Below, piece after piece: positions 50,237 to 60,369 of a DNA stretch of 64,000 nucleotides. Made by a program: the position numbers and the translations under genes. Positions within the stretch are counted from its first letter, which is position 1. Every line of letters begins with the position of its first letter. The DNA lies in contig CAVRVY010000001.1 in assembly GCA_963724765.1 (NCBI GenBank), positions 736,001 to 800,000 of the forward strand, written 5' to 3'. This DNA is from an uncultured delta proteobacterium. GTDB lineage: Bacteria; Desulfobacterota; Binatia; Binatales; Binataceae. Below the pieces are notes generated by a model. The model did not search any database and was not told where the DNA came from. It saw only the letters and a program-made list of their open reading frames with translations.

Positions 50237-51430
50237 CTACTTCAGCAGCGCGACGATCTCGCGCTGGGCCGGCGCGGCGCTCACTTCGGCGCGGCCGTCC
50301 TCGATCGTCATGTCGAGTTCGCTGCGCACGCCGAAGCGGCCCGGCAAATAGATTCCCGGCTCGACCGAGAAGCAGGTGCGATCGATGAGCGTGCGATGGT
50401 CATGCGTTTCGAGCGAGTCGAGGTTGGCGCCGGCGCCATGGACCTCGCGTCCGATCGAATGGCCGGTGCGATGGACGAACTGCTCGGCGAAACCGGCGCG
50501 TTCGATCACGCCGCGCGCGACGCGGTCGGCCTCCTCGCCGCGCACCGGCTCTCCGGCGCCGACGCGGGCGCGGATGAAATCGACTGCGGCGTCGCGCGCC
50601 TCGGCCACGATCGAAAACACGCGCGCGTATTCCTCGGGCACCCGTTCGCCCGCGAACGCCATCCAGGTCAGGTCGGCGTAGATGGCCGCGGGACCGGGCT
50701 CCTTGGCCCACAGGTCGAGCAGCACCAGGTCGCCGCGCCGGATCGGCGTATCGCCTGCGGCCGACGGCTCGAAGTGCGGGCGCGCGGCGCTGGTGTTGAC
50801 CGCGACGATCGGCGGATCGTCGGCAACGAGGCCATGCGCGGCGAAACGCGCGAGCACGAATTGTTGCGCTGAGTATTCCGAGTATTGAATGGCCGGTGCG
50901 CCCGAAGCGATCGAACGCGCGATTTCGGCGAAGGTCTCGTCTACTACGCGGCGCACTATCGCCGCGGCGCGCCGATGGCTCTCAAGCTGCGCCGGTTCGA
51001 GCCGCGCCTCGAAGCGCTGGATCAGGTCGGCGGCCGAGGCTACTTCAACGCCGAGCGAGCGGACCATTTCCACCGTGCCGGCATCGACACGGGCGACGTA
51101 CGGAATCGCGCATCGCGGCGAGTAGTTCATCGCGATTCGCCGCGCGCCGTCCAGAAAGTCTCCGAGCGCGGCGAGCATGCCGTCCGCCGAACGATAAACA
51201 ATCGTCTCGACTCCCAGTTCCGCCAGGCGCTCGGCCTCGACCGCCGAGACCAGCGCGCGCGGCGCGCCATGCGCCGGCACATAGCAGAACCATCGCCGGG
51301 TCGTTATCCCTTCTTTGTTGAGCCCGAGAATCCTATAGGCGAGCGGATCGCTGTGGCGGAAATCATAGAACAGCCATCCGTCGAGAGTGGCGTCGGCAAG
51401 CGCGCGGGCGATTTCCTCCAGCCGTCGCAT
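50237..51430 (-). CDS. M24 (Xaa-Pro) aminopeptidase
   Basis: 'PHF', 'LLDLWAK', 'YADLTW', 'HRTGHSIG..VHG', 'SVEPGIY...GVRSE'. Confidence 0.9.
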   Translation of the reverse strand: MRRLEEIARALADATLDGWLFYDFRHSDPLAYRILGLNKEGITTRRWFCYVPAHGAPRALVSAVEAERLAELGVETIVYRSADGMLAALGDFLDGARRIAMNYSPRCAIPYVARVDAGTVEMVRSLGVEVASAADLIQRFEARLEPAQLESHRRAAAIVRRVVDETFAEIARSIASGAPAIQYSEYSAQQFVLARFAAHGLVADDPPIVAVNTSAARPHFEPSAAGDTPIRRGDLVLLDLWAKEPGPAAIYADLTWMAFAGERVPEEYARVFSIVAEARDAAVDFIRARVGAGEPVRGEEADRVARGVIERAGFAEQFVHRTGHSIGREVHGAGANLDSLETHDHRTLIDRTCFSVEPGIYLPGRFGVRSELDMTIEDGRAEVSAAPAQREIVALLK

Positions 51431-51444
51431 CGCGGAGCGCCGCC

Positions 51445-51936
51445 CTAACTGGATTGAGGACGCGTCGCGCCCGGCGCGGCGGGCTTGAAGCGCTCGCCCC
51501 AGACGTGGACGCGCGTCGGATCGATACGCACGACGGGATTGTTCTCGATACTGAGCGCCATCGCGCGGTACTGCGGATACTTGTCGCGCAGGCTCCGCAG
51601 CGCGAGCAGATATTCCTCACGATCGTCGACCACGCTGGCGTGCCCATGGATCAGCACGTACGCAAGATTGCTCCAGTGCTCCTCGTAGTGGTCGACGACC
51701 AGGGCGACGCTGGGATTGGCCGCGATATTGCGCATCCGGCGCAGCGCCATCGCGCGTCCGCGCTTGGGTTTCTCGTCGATCGCGAAGTAAAAGCGCGCGC
51801 CGTCGAACCAGAAGCACAGCGGCACGTTATGCGGAACGCCCGCGGCGTCGGCGGTGGCGAGGTGTCCGATGCGCGCGAAGGTCAGGAAGTCGCGCACCGC
51901 GGCCACGCCCAGCAGCGCTATTGAATCCGTAGGCAT
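51445..51936 (-). CDS. PPOX-class (probably F420-dependent) oxidoreductase, Rv0121-like
   Basis: 'HLATADA.GVPHNVP.CF...IDEKPK...LRRMRNIAANPSVALVVDHYEE.W...L.DKYPQY'; ATG overlaps the lptG stop (TGATG). Confidence 0.85.
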   Translation of the reverse strand: MPTDSIALLGVAAVRDFLTFARIGHLATADAAGVPHNVPLCFWFDGARFYFAIDEKPKRGRAMALRRMRNIAANPSVALVVDHYEEHWSNLAYVLIHGHASVVDDREEYLLALRSLRDKYPQYRAMALSIENNPVVRIDPTRVHVWGERFKPAAPGATRPQSS

Positions 51937-53036
51937 CAGCGTTCCTCGCCGAACAGGAAGAGCGAAGCGGCCAGGATGGTGAACGTCAGGTTGGGGATCC
52001 AGGCGGCGAGCCACGGCGCCATCAGGCCGGAGCGGCCGAGCGACGAAGTCAAGCCGAACATCAGCCAGTAACCGAAGCCGATCGCGATCGCCAGCGTGAA
52101 GCTGCGCCCGATGCTGAGGCTGCGCGGCAACGGGTCGAGGCTGAGCGCCAGGCCCAGCGCCGCCATGATCACGCACGCCAGCGGCATCGCGTACTTAAGA
52201 TCGCGATCGACGAAATAGCCTCCCGGGTCGAGCCCCTTGTGCCGCAGGTTGTGGATATACGAATCGAGTTGCCAGAGGCTGAATTCGTCGGGATCCATCC
52301 GGAGCAGGCTGAAGTCGGCCGGATTGACGTCGATACGAAACGGACCGGGAACGGTCGTCACGACCTTACCTCCGGGGATCAGCTTGAACGCCGTCAACTC
52401 AATGGGCCGCCATTGCCGCCCGTTCCACTCGGCAGATGGAGCGTGCTCCACTTGCGTGAGCAGGTAGTCGTGGCCGACGCGGTAGAGCGTGACGCCGTGG
52501 AGCATCTTTTTATGGCCGTCATAGTCGTCGGCGCTCATAAAGCCGTCGGTCACGCGCACCCAGATGCGGCGGTTGAAGAAGATGCCGTAAATTTTTCGCC
52601 GCTGCAGTTGCACCTGGTAAAGATGCTTCGCCTCGCGGGTGGCGACCGGCACCACCGTCTCGCTGATCGCAAAGTCGGCGATCGAAATCATCGCCGCCAG
52701 CAGCAGCACCGGCACCGCCATCTCAAAGCGGCTGATGCCGAGTTGCTGGCAGGCGAGCACCTCGCCCGTGCGGTTGAGCAGTGCGAAGCCGAGCAGCACG
52801 CCGGCCAGCGAGGCGACCGGGAGCAATTGCGAAACGATCAGCGGGAGCTTCAGCGCGAAGTACTCCAAGCCCAGCAGGCCGAATCCGCCATAACGCATCA
52901 GGTCGTCGAAGCGGTCGAAGATGTCGCCCAGCAGATAGGCGGCGGTGAAGGCCGCCAGGCAGACGAAGAACGGGCCGAGAAAATGGCCGCCCAGAAAACG
53001 GTCGAGCGTCGGCGAGAGCCGCGGACGCAGTTTCAT
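51936..53036 (-). CDS. lptG: LPS export ABC permease LptG
   Basis: YjgP/YjgQ architecture: 3 TM, periplasmic domain, 3 TM; 'GEVLA...GIS', 'LAAWIPN'; follows lptF. Confidence 0.85.
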   Translation of the reverse strand: MKLRPRLSPTLDRFLGGHFLGPFFVCLAAFTAAYLLGDIFDRFDDLMRYGGFGLLGLEYFALKLPLIVSQLLPVASLAGVLLGFALLNRTGEVLACQQLGISRFEMAVPVLLLAAMISIADFAISETVVPVATREAKHLYQVQLQRRKIYGIFFNRRIWVRVTDGFMSADDYDGHKKMLHGVTLYRVGHDYLLTQVEHAPSAEWNGRQWRPIELTAFKLIPGGKVVTTVPGPFRIDVNPADFSLLRMDPDEFSLWQLDSYIHNLRHKGLDPGGYFVDRDLKYAMPLACVIMAALGLALSLDPLPRSLSIGRSFTLAIAIGFGYWLMFGLTSSLGRSGLMAPWLAAWIPNLTFTILAASLFLFGEER

Positions 53037-54208
53037 GCGGCCTCCTTGTGGCCGAAGCGCTCGATAAGGTCCCAGATGAGGTCGCCCGGGCCGCGCCCCT
53101 GATCGTCGCGGTCGGTCGCGCTGCGGTAGAACATCCAAACCGCGAGTCCCAGGAACACCACGTCAGGAATCGCCATCGCGGCCAGCGCGTTGAGCATTCC
53201 GCGCTCGGCCAGCGTCCGTCCCAGCCGCATCAGCATGTAGTACAAAAAGAACAGCGCGATCGCGACGCCGAAGCGTTCCGATTGTCCCCCGCGCGCGGGC
53301 TTGAGTCCCAGCGGCACACCGAGCAGAGCGAACAGCAGCGTCGCCAGCGGCACCGTGTACTTGCCCGCCATCTCGGCCTCTGCCAGATGGTCCGGCTGAT
53401 GCGCAGCGCGCGCCTTGGCGATCACTCCCTTGAGCTCCCGGTAAGTCATTTCTTCGGGTTGCTGGCTCTCTTCGATCAGGCCGCTCTGCGGCTCCACGTT
53501 AAGGTCGTAGATGAGGAAGCTGGTGATGTGGCTGGCGTGGGTGGAGGGATCGACGCCGAAGACCGATCCGTCGAACAGGCGCAAAGTGATGTTCTCGTTG
53601 TTTTCGTCGGGCACGATGATTCCGCGCTCCGCGATGATCGTGTTCTGCTGCTCTCTGCTGCGCGCGTCGGAGATCAAAACGCCCTGCAGCGAGCCATTGT
53701 TGTTCGAGATGTGATCGACGTAGAGCACCAGGCCGGGGAAGCTGTTGTCGAAGACTTTCTCCTTAAGGCCGGCGGTCGAGCGCGTGCGGGTGAGCCGGTA
53801 GAGCTCGGCCTGAAGATTGGAATTGGCCCACGGCCGCACGGAAAACGCGAACCAACTCGCTATCGCGTAGACCACCAGCGCCACCGCGATCACCGGGATC
53901 GCGAGCCGGTAAAGGCTGATGCCACAGGCGCGGGCGGCGATAAGCTCGCGGTCGCCCGACATCCGTCCGAAACCGAGCAGCACGCCGAGCAGCACCGCCA
54001 TCGGAAAGGTCAGCTCGAGAAAGGCGGGCATGATGTAGCCGATAAGGCTCATCACCTGGCCAAGCCCGACGCCGTGATTGACCACCATCTCGGTCAGCTT
54101 GAGCAGCTTGCCAGTGACCAGCGCGAAGGTCAGCAGTCCGACGCCCATCACGAACGGTCCGATGACCTCGGCGGCGACGTAGCGGTCGATGATTCGCGGC
54201 TTGAGCAT
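53033..54208 (-). CDS. lptF: LPS export ABC permease LptF
   Basis: 'IIDRYV..E...PF', 'GRMSGDRELIA.RACGIS', 'PWAN'. Confidence 0.88.
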   Translation of the reverse strand: MLKPRIIDRYVAAEVIGPFVMGVGLLTFALVTGKLLKLTEMVVNHGVGLGQVMSLIGYIMPAFLELTFPMAVLLGVLLGFGRMSGDRELIAARACGISLYRLAIPVIAVALVVYAIASWFAFSVRPWANSNLQAELYRLTRTRSTAGLKEKVFDNSFPGLVLYVDHISNNNGSLQGVLISDARSREQQNTIIAERGIIVPDENNENITLRLFDGSVFGVDPSTHASHITSFLIYDLNVEPQSGLIEESQQPEEMTYRELKGVIAKARAAHQPDHLAEAEMAGKYTVPLATLLFALLGVPLGLKPARGGQSERFGVAIALFFLYYMLMRLGRTLAERGMLNALAAMAIPDVVFLGLAVWMFYRSATDRDDQGRGPGDLIWDLIERFGHKEAA

Positions 54209-54417
54209 TGTCTAAAGAGACGCGCGTATCGTAAGTACGCACACAAGTCTAGACGGATGCAGCCGGCAAGCAAACCATCACTGGCAAGCGAACCAATAGA
54301 GGAGCGCGCGCGCTCCTCTATTTGGCGGCCAACCTGCGCCGGCCTCGTGCGCGGCGACAGATCATTTTCAGTTTATCACTGTCGCCGCGCGCGGCGGCCG
54401 ACTATGATCGGGCGGCG

Positions 54418-55365
54418 ATGAAGCATCGCCGCCCGAATCCGCCGGGCGGTCCGCGGCGCGCCCGCCCCCAGGGCGGGCGCGCCGCGGTTCCGCCGCGGCC
54501 ACAGACTGCTGCCACGGCCGCGCCGCCGCCCGAGGCGGCGGCGCGGCCGTGGCAGCAGCACGCAGCGCCGGAGCGTCGGGCGCCCGCCTCGGCGGCGCCC
54601 GGCGCTCCGGCGCGCGACCTGGTGTTCGGCGCGGAGCCGGTGCATGAGCTTATCGGCGCCGCGCCGGGCGCGGTGCGCACGCTTTACGTGCGCGCCGACC
54701 TGCAGGCGCGCTTCGCCGGCGATATCGAACGCGTGCGCGCCGCCGGCGGCCACGTCGTGGCCGCGGAGGCGGGAGCGCTCGTGCGGATGGCGGGCGGTGA
54801 GTCGCGACATCAGGGCGTCGTCGCCCTGATTCGCGAATACAGCTACGCGGCGTTCGAGGACGTAGTGGCGGGGGCGCCCGACCCGCTGCTGCTGGTCGAC
54901 GGCGTGACCGACCCGCGCAACCTGGGCGCGCTTTTGCGCTCGGCCGAAGGCGCCGGGGTGGACAGCGTGGTGCTCGCGCGCGACCGCACTGCGGCGGTCA
55001 CGCCGGCGGCGATAAAATCGTCGTCGGGTGCGTGGGTGCATCTCAGGATCGCGCGATGCGGCAACGTTGCGCGCGCGATGGAGGATCTCAAGCAGGCCGG
55101 CTACTGGATCGCCGCGCTTGCGCCCGAGGGCGATCTCGAAATCTACGAACTGGATACGACCCGCCGGCTCGCGTTGATAGTGGGCTCCGAGGGCCGCGGC
55201 GTGCGCGAGATCGTCAGGAAGAACTCTGATTTCGTGGTGCGGATTCCGATGTACGGAAAAGTCGGATCGCTCAACGTCTCGGTGGCGGCTGCGGTCGCGT
55301 TGTTCGAGATTGCGCGCCGGCGCGCCGCGGCGCGGGCGGCGGCGGCGGCCGGCACGCCGGCGTAA
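54418..55365 (+). CDS. rlmB: 23S rRNA (G2251-2'-O)-methyltransferase
   Basis: HQGVVA, DGVTDPRNLGALLRSA, GSEGRG, IPM.G.VGSLNVSVA; low-complexity N-terminal extension. Confidence 0.9.
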   Translation: MKHRRPNPPGGPRRARPQGGRAAVPPRPQTAATAAPPPEAAARPWQQHAAPERRAPASAAPGAPARDLVFGAEPVHELIGAAPGAVRTLYVRADLQARFAGDIERVRAAGGHVVAAEAGALVRMAGGESRHQGVVALIREYSYAAFEDVVAGAPDPLLLVDGVTDPRNLGALLRSAEGAGVDSVVLARDRTAAVTPAAIKSSSGAWVHLRIARCGNVARAMEDLKQAGYWIAALAPEGDLEIYELDTTRRLALIVGSEGRGVREIVRKNSDFVVRIPMYGKVGSLNVSVAAAVALFEIARRRAAARAAAAAGTPA

Positions 55366-55428
55366 TTCGTCACATATCGCGCGAGTGCGGCTTCACAGGC
55401 TCCGGATTTCCCAAGCGGGCGGTTTCGA

Positions 55429-56121
55429 TCAGCGGCGTTCGTGCTGCTTGGAGCCGTAGAGTATCGCCCGCTCTTCTTCGGTGAGCGGCTTGTGCGGCTG
55501 ATCGGCCATCACGGCCATGCCCTTTACGACGGCCGGCCGGGCCGCAATCGCGTCGATCCAGCGCTTGAGATTCGGCCGCGTGTCCAACTGCTCGGGCTGC
55601 GCCTTGAGCGCGGCGACGATCCACGGATAGGTTGCGATGTCGGCGATCGAATAGTCGCCCGCCATGTAGGGGCTCTCGGCCAGGCGTTTGTCCAGCACGT
55701 TGAAAAGGCGATGCGACTCGTTGGTGTAGCGCTCGATCGCGTAGGGAATTTTCTCGGGCGCGGCGTTGCGGAAATGGCCCGCCTGGCCGAGCATCGGGCC
55801 AACGTTGGCCATCTGGAACATCAACCACTCGACTACCCGGTAACGCGCGCGTATCTCGGACGGCATCAGCTTGCCGGTCTTCTCGGCGAGATAGAGCAGA
55901 ATCGCGCCCGACTCGAAGAGCGAGAACGGTTTTCCTCCGGGCCCGTCGGAATCCACGATCGCCGGCATCCGGTTGTTCGGGCTGATTTTCAAAAACTCGG
56001 GCGTGAACTGCTCGCCCTTGCGGATATTAACCGGAACGATTCGGTATTCGAGTCCGGTCTCTTCGAGGAAAATCGTGATTTTGTGCCCGTTGGGGGTCGG
56101 CCAATAATAGAGGTCGATCAT
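55429..56121 (-). CDS. Glutathione S-transferase / disulfide oxidoreductase (YfcG-like)
   Basis: 'MIDLYYWPTPNGHK', SPNNRMPAI, FESGAIL, GPMLGQAGHF, YSIADIA. Confidence 0.92.
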   Translation of the reverse strand: MIDLYYWPTPNGHKITIFLEETGLEYRIVPVNIRKGEQFTPEFLKISPNNRMPAIVDSDGPGGKPFSLFESGAILLYLAEKTGKLMPSEIRARYRVVEWLMFQMANVGPMLGQAGHFRNAAPEKIPYAIERYTNESHRLFNVLDKRLAESPYMAGDYSIADIATYPWIVAALKAQPEQLDTRPNLKRWIDAIAARPAVVKGMAVMADQPHKPLTEEERAILYGSKQHERR

Positions 56122-56294
56122 TTTGACTCCTGCTGTTGCCGAAATTCCGAAGAGCTACGGGCCAACTCCAACACAGTCCGTGATGGATCGTCAACGCGCG
56201 GCCACTTTGGGGCCTCCATACGAGAAGTCATGAGCCTTTACGTGCTTGACAGTCTTTAGGGGCGGGAATAGTTAGGTTAGTTTACGATCCGTGG

Positions 56295-56366
56295 GCCGAT
56301 GTAGCTCAACGGTAGAGCAACTGATTTGTAATCAGTAGGTTGACGGTTCAAATCCGCCCATCGGCT
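56295..56366 (+). tRNA. tRNA-Thr(TGT)
   Basis: Acceptor GCCGATG/CATCGGC; anticodon arm CTGAT-TTGTAAT-CAG region with TGT; TTCAAAT T-loop; CCA not encoded. Confidence 0.93.
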
Positions 56367-56389
56367 CAGGTCACGAGAGTTTTCGGAGC

Positions 56390-56475
<86 letters not shown>

Positions 56476-56504
56476 GTGATCGCAGGGTTTTGGCGCCTGT
56501 GTGG

Positions 56505-56580
56505 GCGGGAATAGCTCAGTTGGTAGAGCGCGAGCCTTCCAAGCTCGGGGTCGCGGGTTCGAATCCCGTTTCCCGCTCCA
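56505..56580 (+). tRNA. tRNA-Gly(TCC)
   Basis: GCGGGAA/TTCCCGC acceptor, CGAGC-CTTCCAA-GCTCG, TCCA end. Confidence 0.96.
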
Positions 56581-56639
56581 TAAGCCTTATCGTGCCGCGC
56601 CACATGGAGCCGCGGCGCGCGGGCGCGGGATGAAATTGG

Positions 56640-56712
<73 letters not shown>

Positions 56713-56803
56713 TGCAGAATCTGGCCGGCCACGCGGCATGGCGGCATACAACCGCGGCATGCGATAAAGTTGGTTCCTCAGGGCCGGTAGAGTTGGTCCC
56801 AGA

Positions 56804-56830
56804 ACCGATAGGACCGATAGGACCGATAAG
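56804..56830. repeat. 9-bp tandem repeat x3 (ACCGATAGG)
   Basis: ACCGATAGG ACCGATAGG ACCGATAAG just upstream of the rpmG RBS. Confidence 0.8.
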
Positions 56831-56842
56831 TAGAGAGGGACG

Positions 56843-56995
56843 ATGCGAGATTTGATAGGCTTGGCGTGTGATAGCTGCAAAAGGCGTAACTATACGACCA
56901 GCAAGAACAAGAAGAAGCAGACCGAGAAGTTCGTGATCAAGAAGTTCTGTCCGTCGTGCCGCTCGCACACCGCCCATCGCGAGACCAAGGTCTAG
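56843..56995 (+). CDS. rpmG: 50S ribosomal protein L33 (zinc-binding form)
   Basis: MRDLIGLACDSCKRRNYTTSKNKKKQTEKFVIKKFCPSCRSHTAHRETKV; below the ORF-track length cut-off. Confidence 0.96.
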   Translation: MRDLIGLACDSCKRRNYTTSKNKKKQTEKFVIKKFCPSCRSHTAHRETKV

Positions 56996-57195
56996 CGGGG
57001 CCAGGTGTCGCGAGACAATTCGGACGAGGCCTCCGGTACAGACGGACGCATCTGAATCTGGCGGGTTGGATGCGAAGCGTCGGCGACGGCGTGGTCCGTT
57101 CGATGTCGCGGGCGGGTGGAGGCTGCGGGGCCGGATATCGGCGGGTATTTGGGCTTATGGTTGGCGAGGGTATGATATAAGCATGGCTTCACGGA

Positions 57196-57273
57196 GGGTC
57201 AGTAGCTCTAACTGGCTAGAGCATCGGACTCCAAATCCGAGGGTTGCAGGTTCGAATCCTGCCTGGCCCGCCA
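57196..57273 (+). tRNA. tRNA-Trp(CCA)
   Basis: GGGTCAG/CTGGCCC acceptor, TCGGA-CTCCAAA-TCCGA, GCCA end; canonical position before secE. Confidence 0.95.
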
Positions 57274-57310
57274 TCGCATCTCATTATAGCGCTTGAATTG
57301 ATGCACTATT

Positions 57311-57514
57311 ATGGATAGTCTGAAAAGTTACCTCGATCGGTCGGTCAGTTTTGTCCAGGAGGCGTGGACGGAGCTGGCGAAAGTCCATTTTCCTACGCCC
57401 CGGGAGACGGCACAGGCGACCTTCGTAGTGGTTATATTAACGCTGGTGATGGCGATGTGGCTGGGGTTGGCCGATTTCGCCGCGACCCGGATAGTCCGCC
57501 AGCTGTTGGGATAG
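57311..57514 (+). CDS. secE: Preprotein translocase SecE
   Basis: 'FVQEAWTELAKVHFPTPRET' plus one TM; lies between tRNA-Trp and nusG. Confidence 0.92.
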   Translation: MDSLKSYLDRSVSFVQEAWTELAKVHFPTPRETAQATFVVVILTLVMAMWLGLADFAATRIVRQLLG

Positions 57515-57623
57515 GCGCAACGCTCGTGACACGTATCGCAACCGGCGCCGGCGAGCGCTCAGGCGATGCGGCTTTCGTGATTCGGCCCCAAGGCGCGGCC
57601 GCCCGGGGCTCGGCACTTTGATT

Positions 57624-58220
57624 ATGGCAGACGCAGCAGGATCCACCGCGGCAAGCGCAACCGACGCCAAAGCGGCCGTCCACCACCCAAGTTGGAAGTG
57701 GTACGTGGTGCACACCTACTCCGGCTACGAGCAGAAGGCCAAGGCCGCGCTCGAGGAGCGGGTGCGCTCGATGGGGATGGAAGACAAGATCGGCGAAGTG
57801 CTGGTTCCGGTCGAGCGCGTACAGGAACTGGGCAAGGGCGGGCAGCGCAAAATTTCGAGCCGCAAGTTCTTCCCCGGCTACATCTTCGTCAACATGGAGC
57901 TAACCGACGAGACCTGGCACGTAATCAAGGACACGCCCAAGATAACCGGCTTCGTCGGCCATGCCACCGCCCCGCCCGAAGTGCCGGAATCCGAGGTGCG
58001 CCAGATAACGCAGCAGATGCAGGAGGGCGCGCTCAGGCCCAAGCCCAAGGTGCTGTTCGAGGTGGGCGAGGCGGTCAAGGTGGTCGACGGCCCGTTCCAG
58101 GATTTCAACGGGACGGTCGAGGAAGTGCGGCCTGAGAAGGGCAAGGTGCGCGTGCTGATCTCGATTTTCGGACGCGCCACGCCGGTCGAGCTCGATTTCG
58201 TGCAGGTGGAGAAATCATAG
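57624..58220 (+). CDS. nusG: Transcription factor NusG
   Basis: WYVVHTYSGYE, FFPGYIFV, KOW 'DGPFQDFNG', IFGRATPVEL. Confidence 0.97.
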   Translation: MADAAGSTAASATDAKAAVHHPSWKWYVVHTYSGYEQKAKAALEERVRSMGMEDKIGEVLVPVERVQELGKGGQRKISSRKFFPGYIFVNMELTDETWHVIKDTPKITGFVGHATAPPEVPESEVRQITQQMQEGALRPKPKVLFEVGEAVKVVDGPFQDFNGTVEEVRPEKGKVRVLISIFGRATPVELDFVQVEKS

Positions 58221-58342
58221 AAAGCGTGGCCGGGAGCCGGCGCCGAAATGGCGGCGGCTTAAAGCCCCGTTTATCGTGACCAGAGATTCACGGCTATCTA
58301 GCGGGTATCGAGACTGACATTGAGAGACGGATATTGATTTAG

Positions 58343-58768
58343 ATGGCGAAGAAAGTCGTCGGCCAGATAAAGTTGCAGATTCCGGCGGGAGCGGCCAATC
58401 CCTCTCCCCCGGTCGGTCCCGCGCTCGGCCAGCGCGGGGTCAATATCATGGAGTTCTGCAAGGCCTTCAATGCGCAGACCCAGGCAATGCAGGGCTTGGT
58501 CATCCCGGTGATCGTCACGGTCTATGCCGACCGCTCCTTCACCTTCGTGACCAAGAGCCCGCCGGCTTCGATCCTGCTGTTGCGTGCGGCCGGGATTGAG
58601 AAGGGATCGCCGCTGCCCAACAAGAACAAGGTCGGCAAGGTCACCCACAAGCAGGTCGAGGAGATCGCCAAGACCAAGGTCAAGGACCTGACCGCCGCCA
58701 GTATCGAGGCGGCGGCGCGCACGGTGGCCGGCACGGCGCGTTCGATGGGTATTGACGTAGTTGAATAG
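58343..58768 (+). CDS. rplK: 50S ribosomal protein L11
   Basis: [26 protein letters not shown]. Confidence 0.98.
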   Translation: MAKKVVGQIKLQIPAGAANPSPPVGPALGQRGVNIMEFCKAFNAQTQAMQGLVIPVIVTVYADRSFTFVTKSPPASILLLRAAGIEKGSPLPNKNKVGKVTHKQVEEIAKTKVKDLTAASIEAAARTVAGTARSMGIDVVE

Positions 58769-58799
58769 AGGTCGAGTAGAGCAGCAGGCGAATCAGGAT

Positions 58800-59507
58800 A
58801 TGGCAGGAAAAAAATACCGCGAGGCGGCCAAGCAGGTCGATCCCGAAAAGCGCTATACCCTCGAGGAAGCGCTCAAGATCGTAGCCGCCAACAAGGTCGC
58901 TAAGTTCGACGAGACGGTGGAACTCGCAGTGCGGCTCAACGTCGATCCGCGCCAGGCCGACCAGAACGTGCGCGGCACGGTGGTGCTGCCCAACGGCACC
59001 GGCAAGGTGTCGCGCGTGCTGGTGCTGGCCAAGGGCGACAAGGAGCGCGAGGCGCGCGAGGCGGGCGCCGATTTCGTCGGCGGCGAAGACCTCATCAAGC
59101 GCATCCAGGAGGAGAACTGGCTCGACTTCGACCGCGTCATCGCGACTCCCGATATCATGGGCGCGGTCGGCCGGATCGGTAAAATCCTGGGACCGCGCGG
59201 CCTGATGCCCAATCCGCGCGTCGGCACCGTGACCTTCGACGTCGCCAAGGCGGTCGGCGAAGTCAAGGCGGGCAAGGTGGACTACCGGGTCGACAAGGCC
59301 GGAGTGATCCACGCGCGCATCGGCAAGCTCAGCTTCGGCGAGGCCAAGCTGGCGGAGAATGCGAATACGCTGCTCAACGCGATCGCACGCGCCAAGCCGT
59401 CCAGCGCCAAGGGCAACTATGTAAAGAGCGTCTCGGTGTCCTCGACCATGGGGCCCGGCGTGAAGGTCGATCCCGGCGCGGCACGTATCGTGGCGGCCGC
59501 GGCGTGA
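58800..59507 (+). CDS. rplA: 50S ribosomal protein L1
   Basis: [41 protein letters not shown]. Confidence 0.98.
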   Translation: MAGKKYREAAKQVDPEKRYTLEEALKIVAANKVAKFDETVELAVRLNVDPRQADQNVRGTVVLPNGTGKVSRVLVLAKGDKEREAREAGADFVGGEDLIKRIQEENWLDFDRVIATPDIMGAVGRIGKILGPRGLMPNPRVGTVTFDVAKAVGEVKAGKVDYRVDKAGVIHARIGKLSFGEAKLAENANTLLNAIARAKPSSAKGNYVKSVSVSSTMGPGVKVDPGAARIVAAAA

Positions 59508-59523
59508 AGGGAATCTGAAGAGC

Positions 59524-60159
59524 ATGCGCAAGGAACAGAAGACTGCGCTGGTAGCGGAAATTACCGAGGGACTCGGCCGCGCCAGTATCGCGCTGGTATC
59601 CGAATATCGTGGGATAACGGCGGGCGAGGCGACCGAAGTGCGTCGCAAGCTGCGCGCGGTGCGTGGCGAGTTGCGAGTGGCCAAGAACACGCTCATCCGC
59701 CGCGCGATCAAGGACACGGCCTTCTCGCAGCTCGACGGCCAGCTCGGCGGCCCGGTGGGCCTTATCCTGAGCTTCGCCGACCCGGTCGAACTGGCCAAGA
59801 CCGTGACCGGGATGCGCGAGTTGGGCGAGAAGTTCAAAGTCCGCGGCGGCGTGCTCGACGGCAAGCCGCTAAGCGGCGAGGAAATCCAGGCGCTGGCGGC
59901 GTTGCCGCCGCGCGAGGTAATCCTGGCGCAACTGCTCGGGCTGCTGATGGCGCCGGCGACGCAAGTGGTCCGGCTGCTCAACGAGCCCGGATCGGCACTG
60001 GCGCGACTGGTCGACGCGATCGGCAAAAAAAATGGCGACGCGGCGCCCCCCGCGGCCGGCAGTGCGGCGCCTCCCGCCGCGGCGCCGACAGACGCGGCGC
60101 CGGCCGACGCGGCGCCCAGCGACACGACTCCCAGCGACGCGGCGCCGAGCGAAGGCTGA
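59524..60159 (+). CDS. rplJ: 50S ribosomal protein L10 with repetitive C-terminal extension
   Basis: EYRGIT, VAKNTL, 'LAALPPREVILAQLLGLLMAP'; DAAP-repeat tail. Confidence 0.96.
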   Translation: MRKEQKTALVAEITEGLGRASIALVSEYRGITAGEATEVRRKLRAVRGELRVAKNTLIRRAIKDTAFSQLDGQLGGPVGLILSFADPVELAKTVTGMRELGEKFKVRGGVLDGKPLSGEEIQALAALPPREVILAQLLGLLMAPATQVVRLLNEPGSALARLVDAIGKKNGDAAPPAAGSAAPPAAAPTDAAPADAAPSDTTPSDAAPSEG

Positions 60160-60369
60160 TCGCGTGTGGGGCTGGGCAAGACACGGTTTGAGCCGTGCGG
60201 GTTCGAGTGGGGGGTAGAGCGGGGTGGTTCAGAGCGGGGCAGGTTCTAGACGAAGAAGTTGGACGAAGTCAAAAATTAAAGTGAAGAAAAGGCTCCCGGG
60301 TGAGGCGCTCCCACAAACACCCCTTCCGGCGGCCGCTGGCGACGAAATAAAGTAGAGAGGGATCCTGAG

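Noticed and set aside
51937-52176. N-terminal extension of the PPOX ORF
   Set aside because: It lies inside lptG in another frame; the ATG at 51936 is coupled to the lptG stop.
56260-56271. 12-nt match (GGGCGGGAATAG) to the 5' end of tRNA-Gly, possible att site or tRNA remnant
   Set aside because: Short, does not fold as a tRNA, lies in the probable promoter region, and att sites usually copy tRNA 3' ends.
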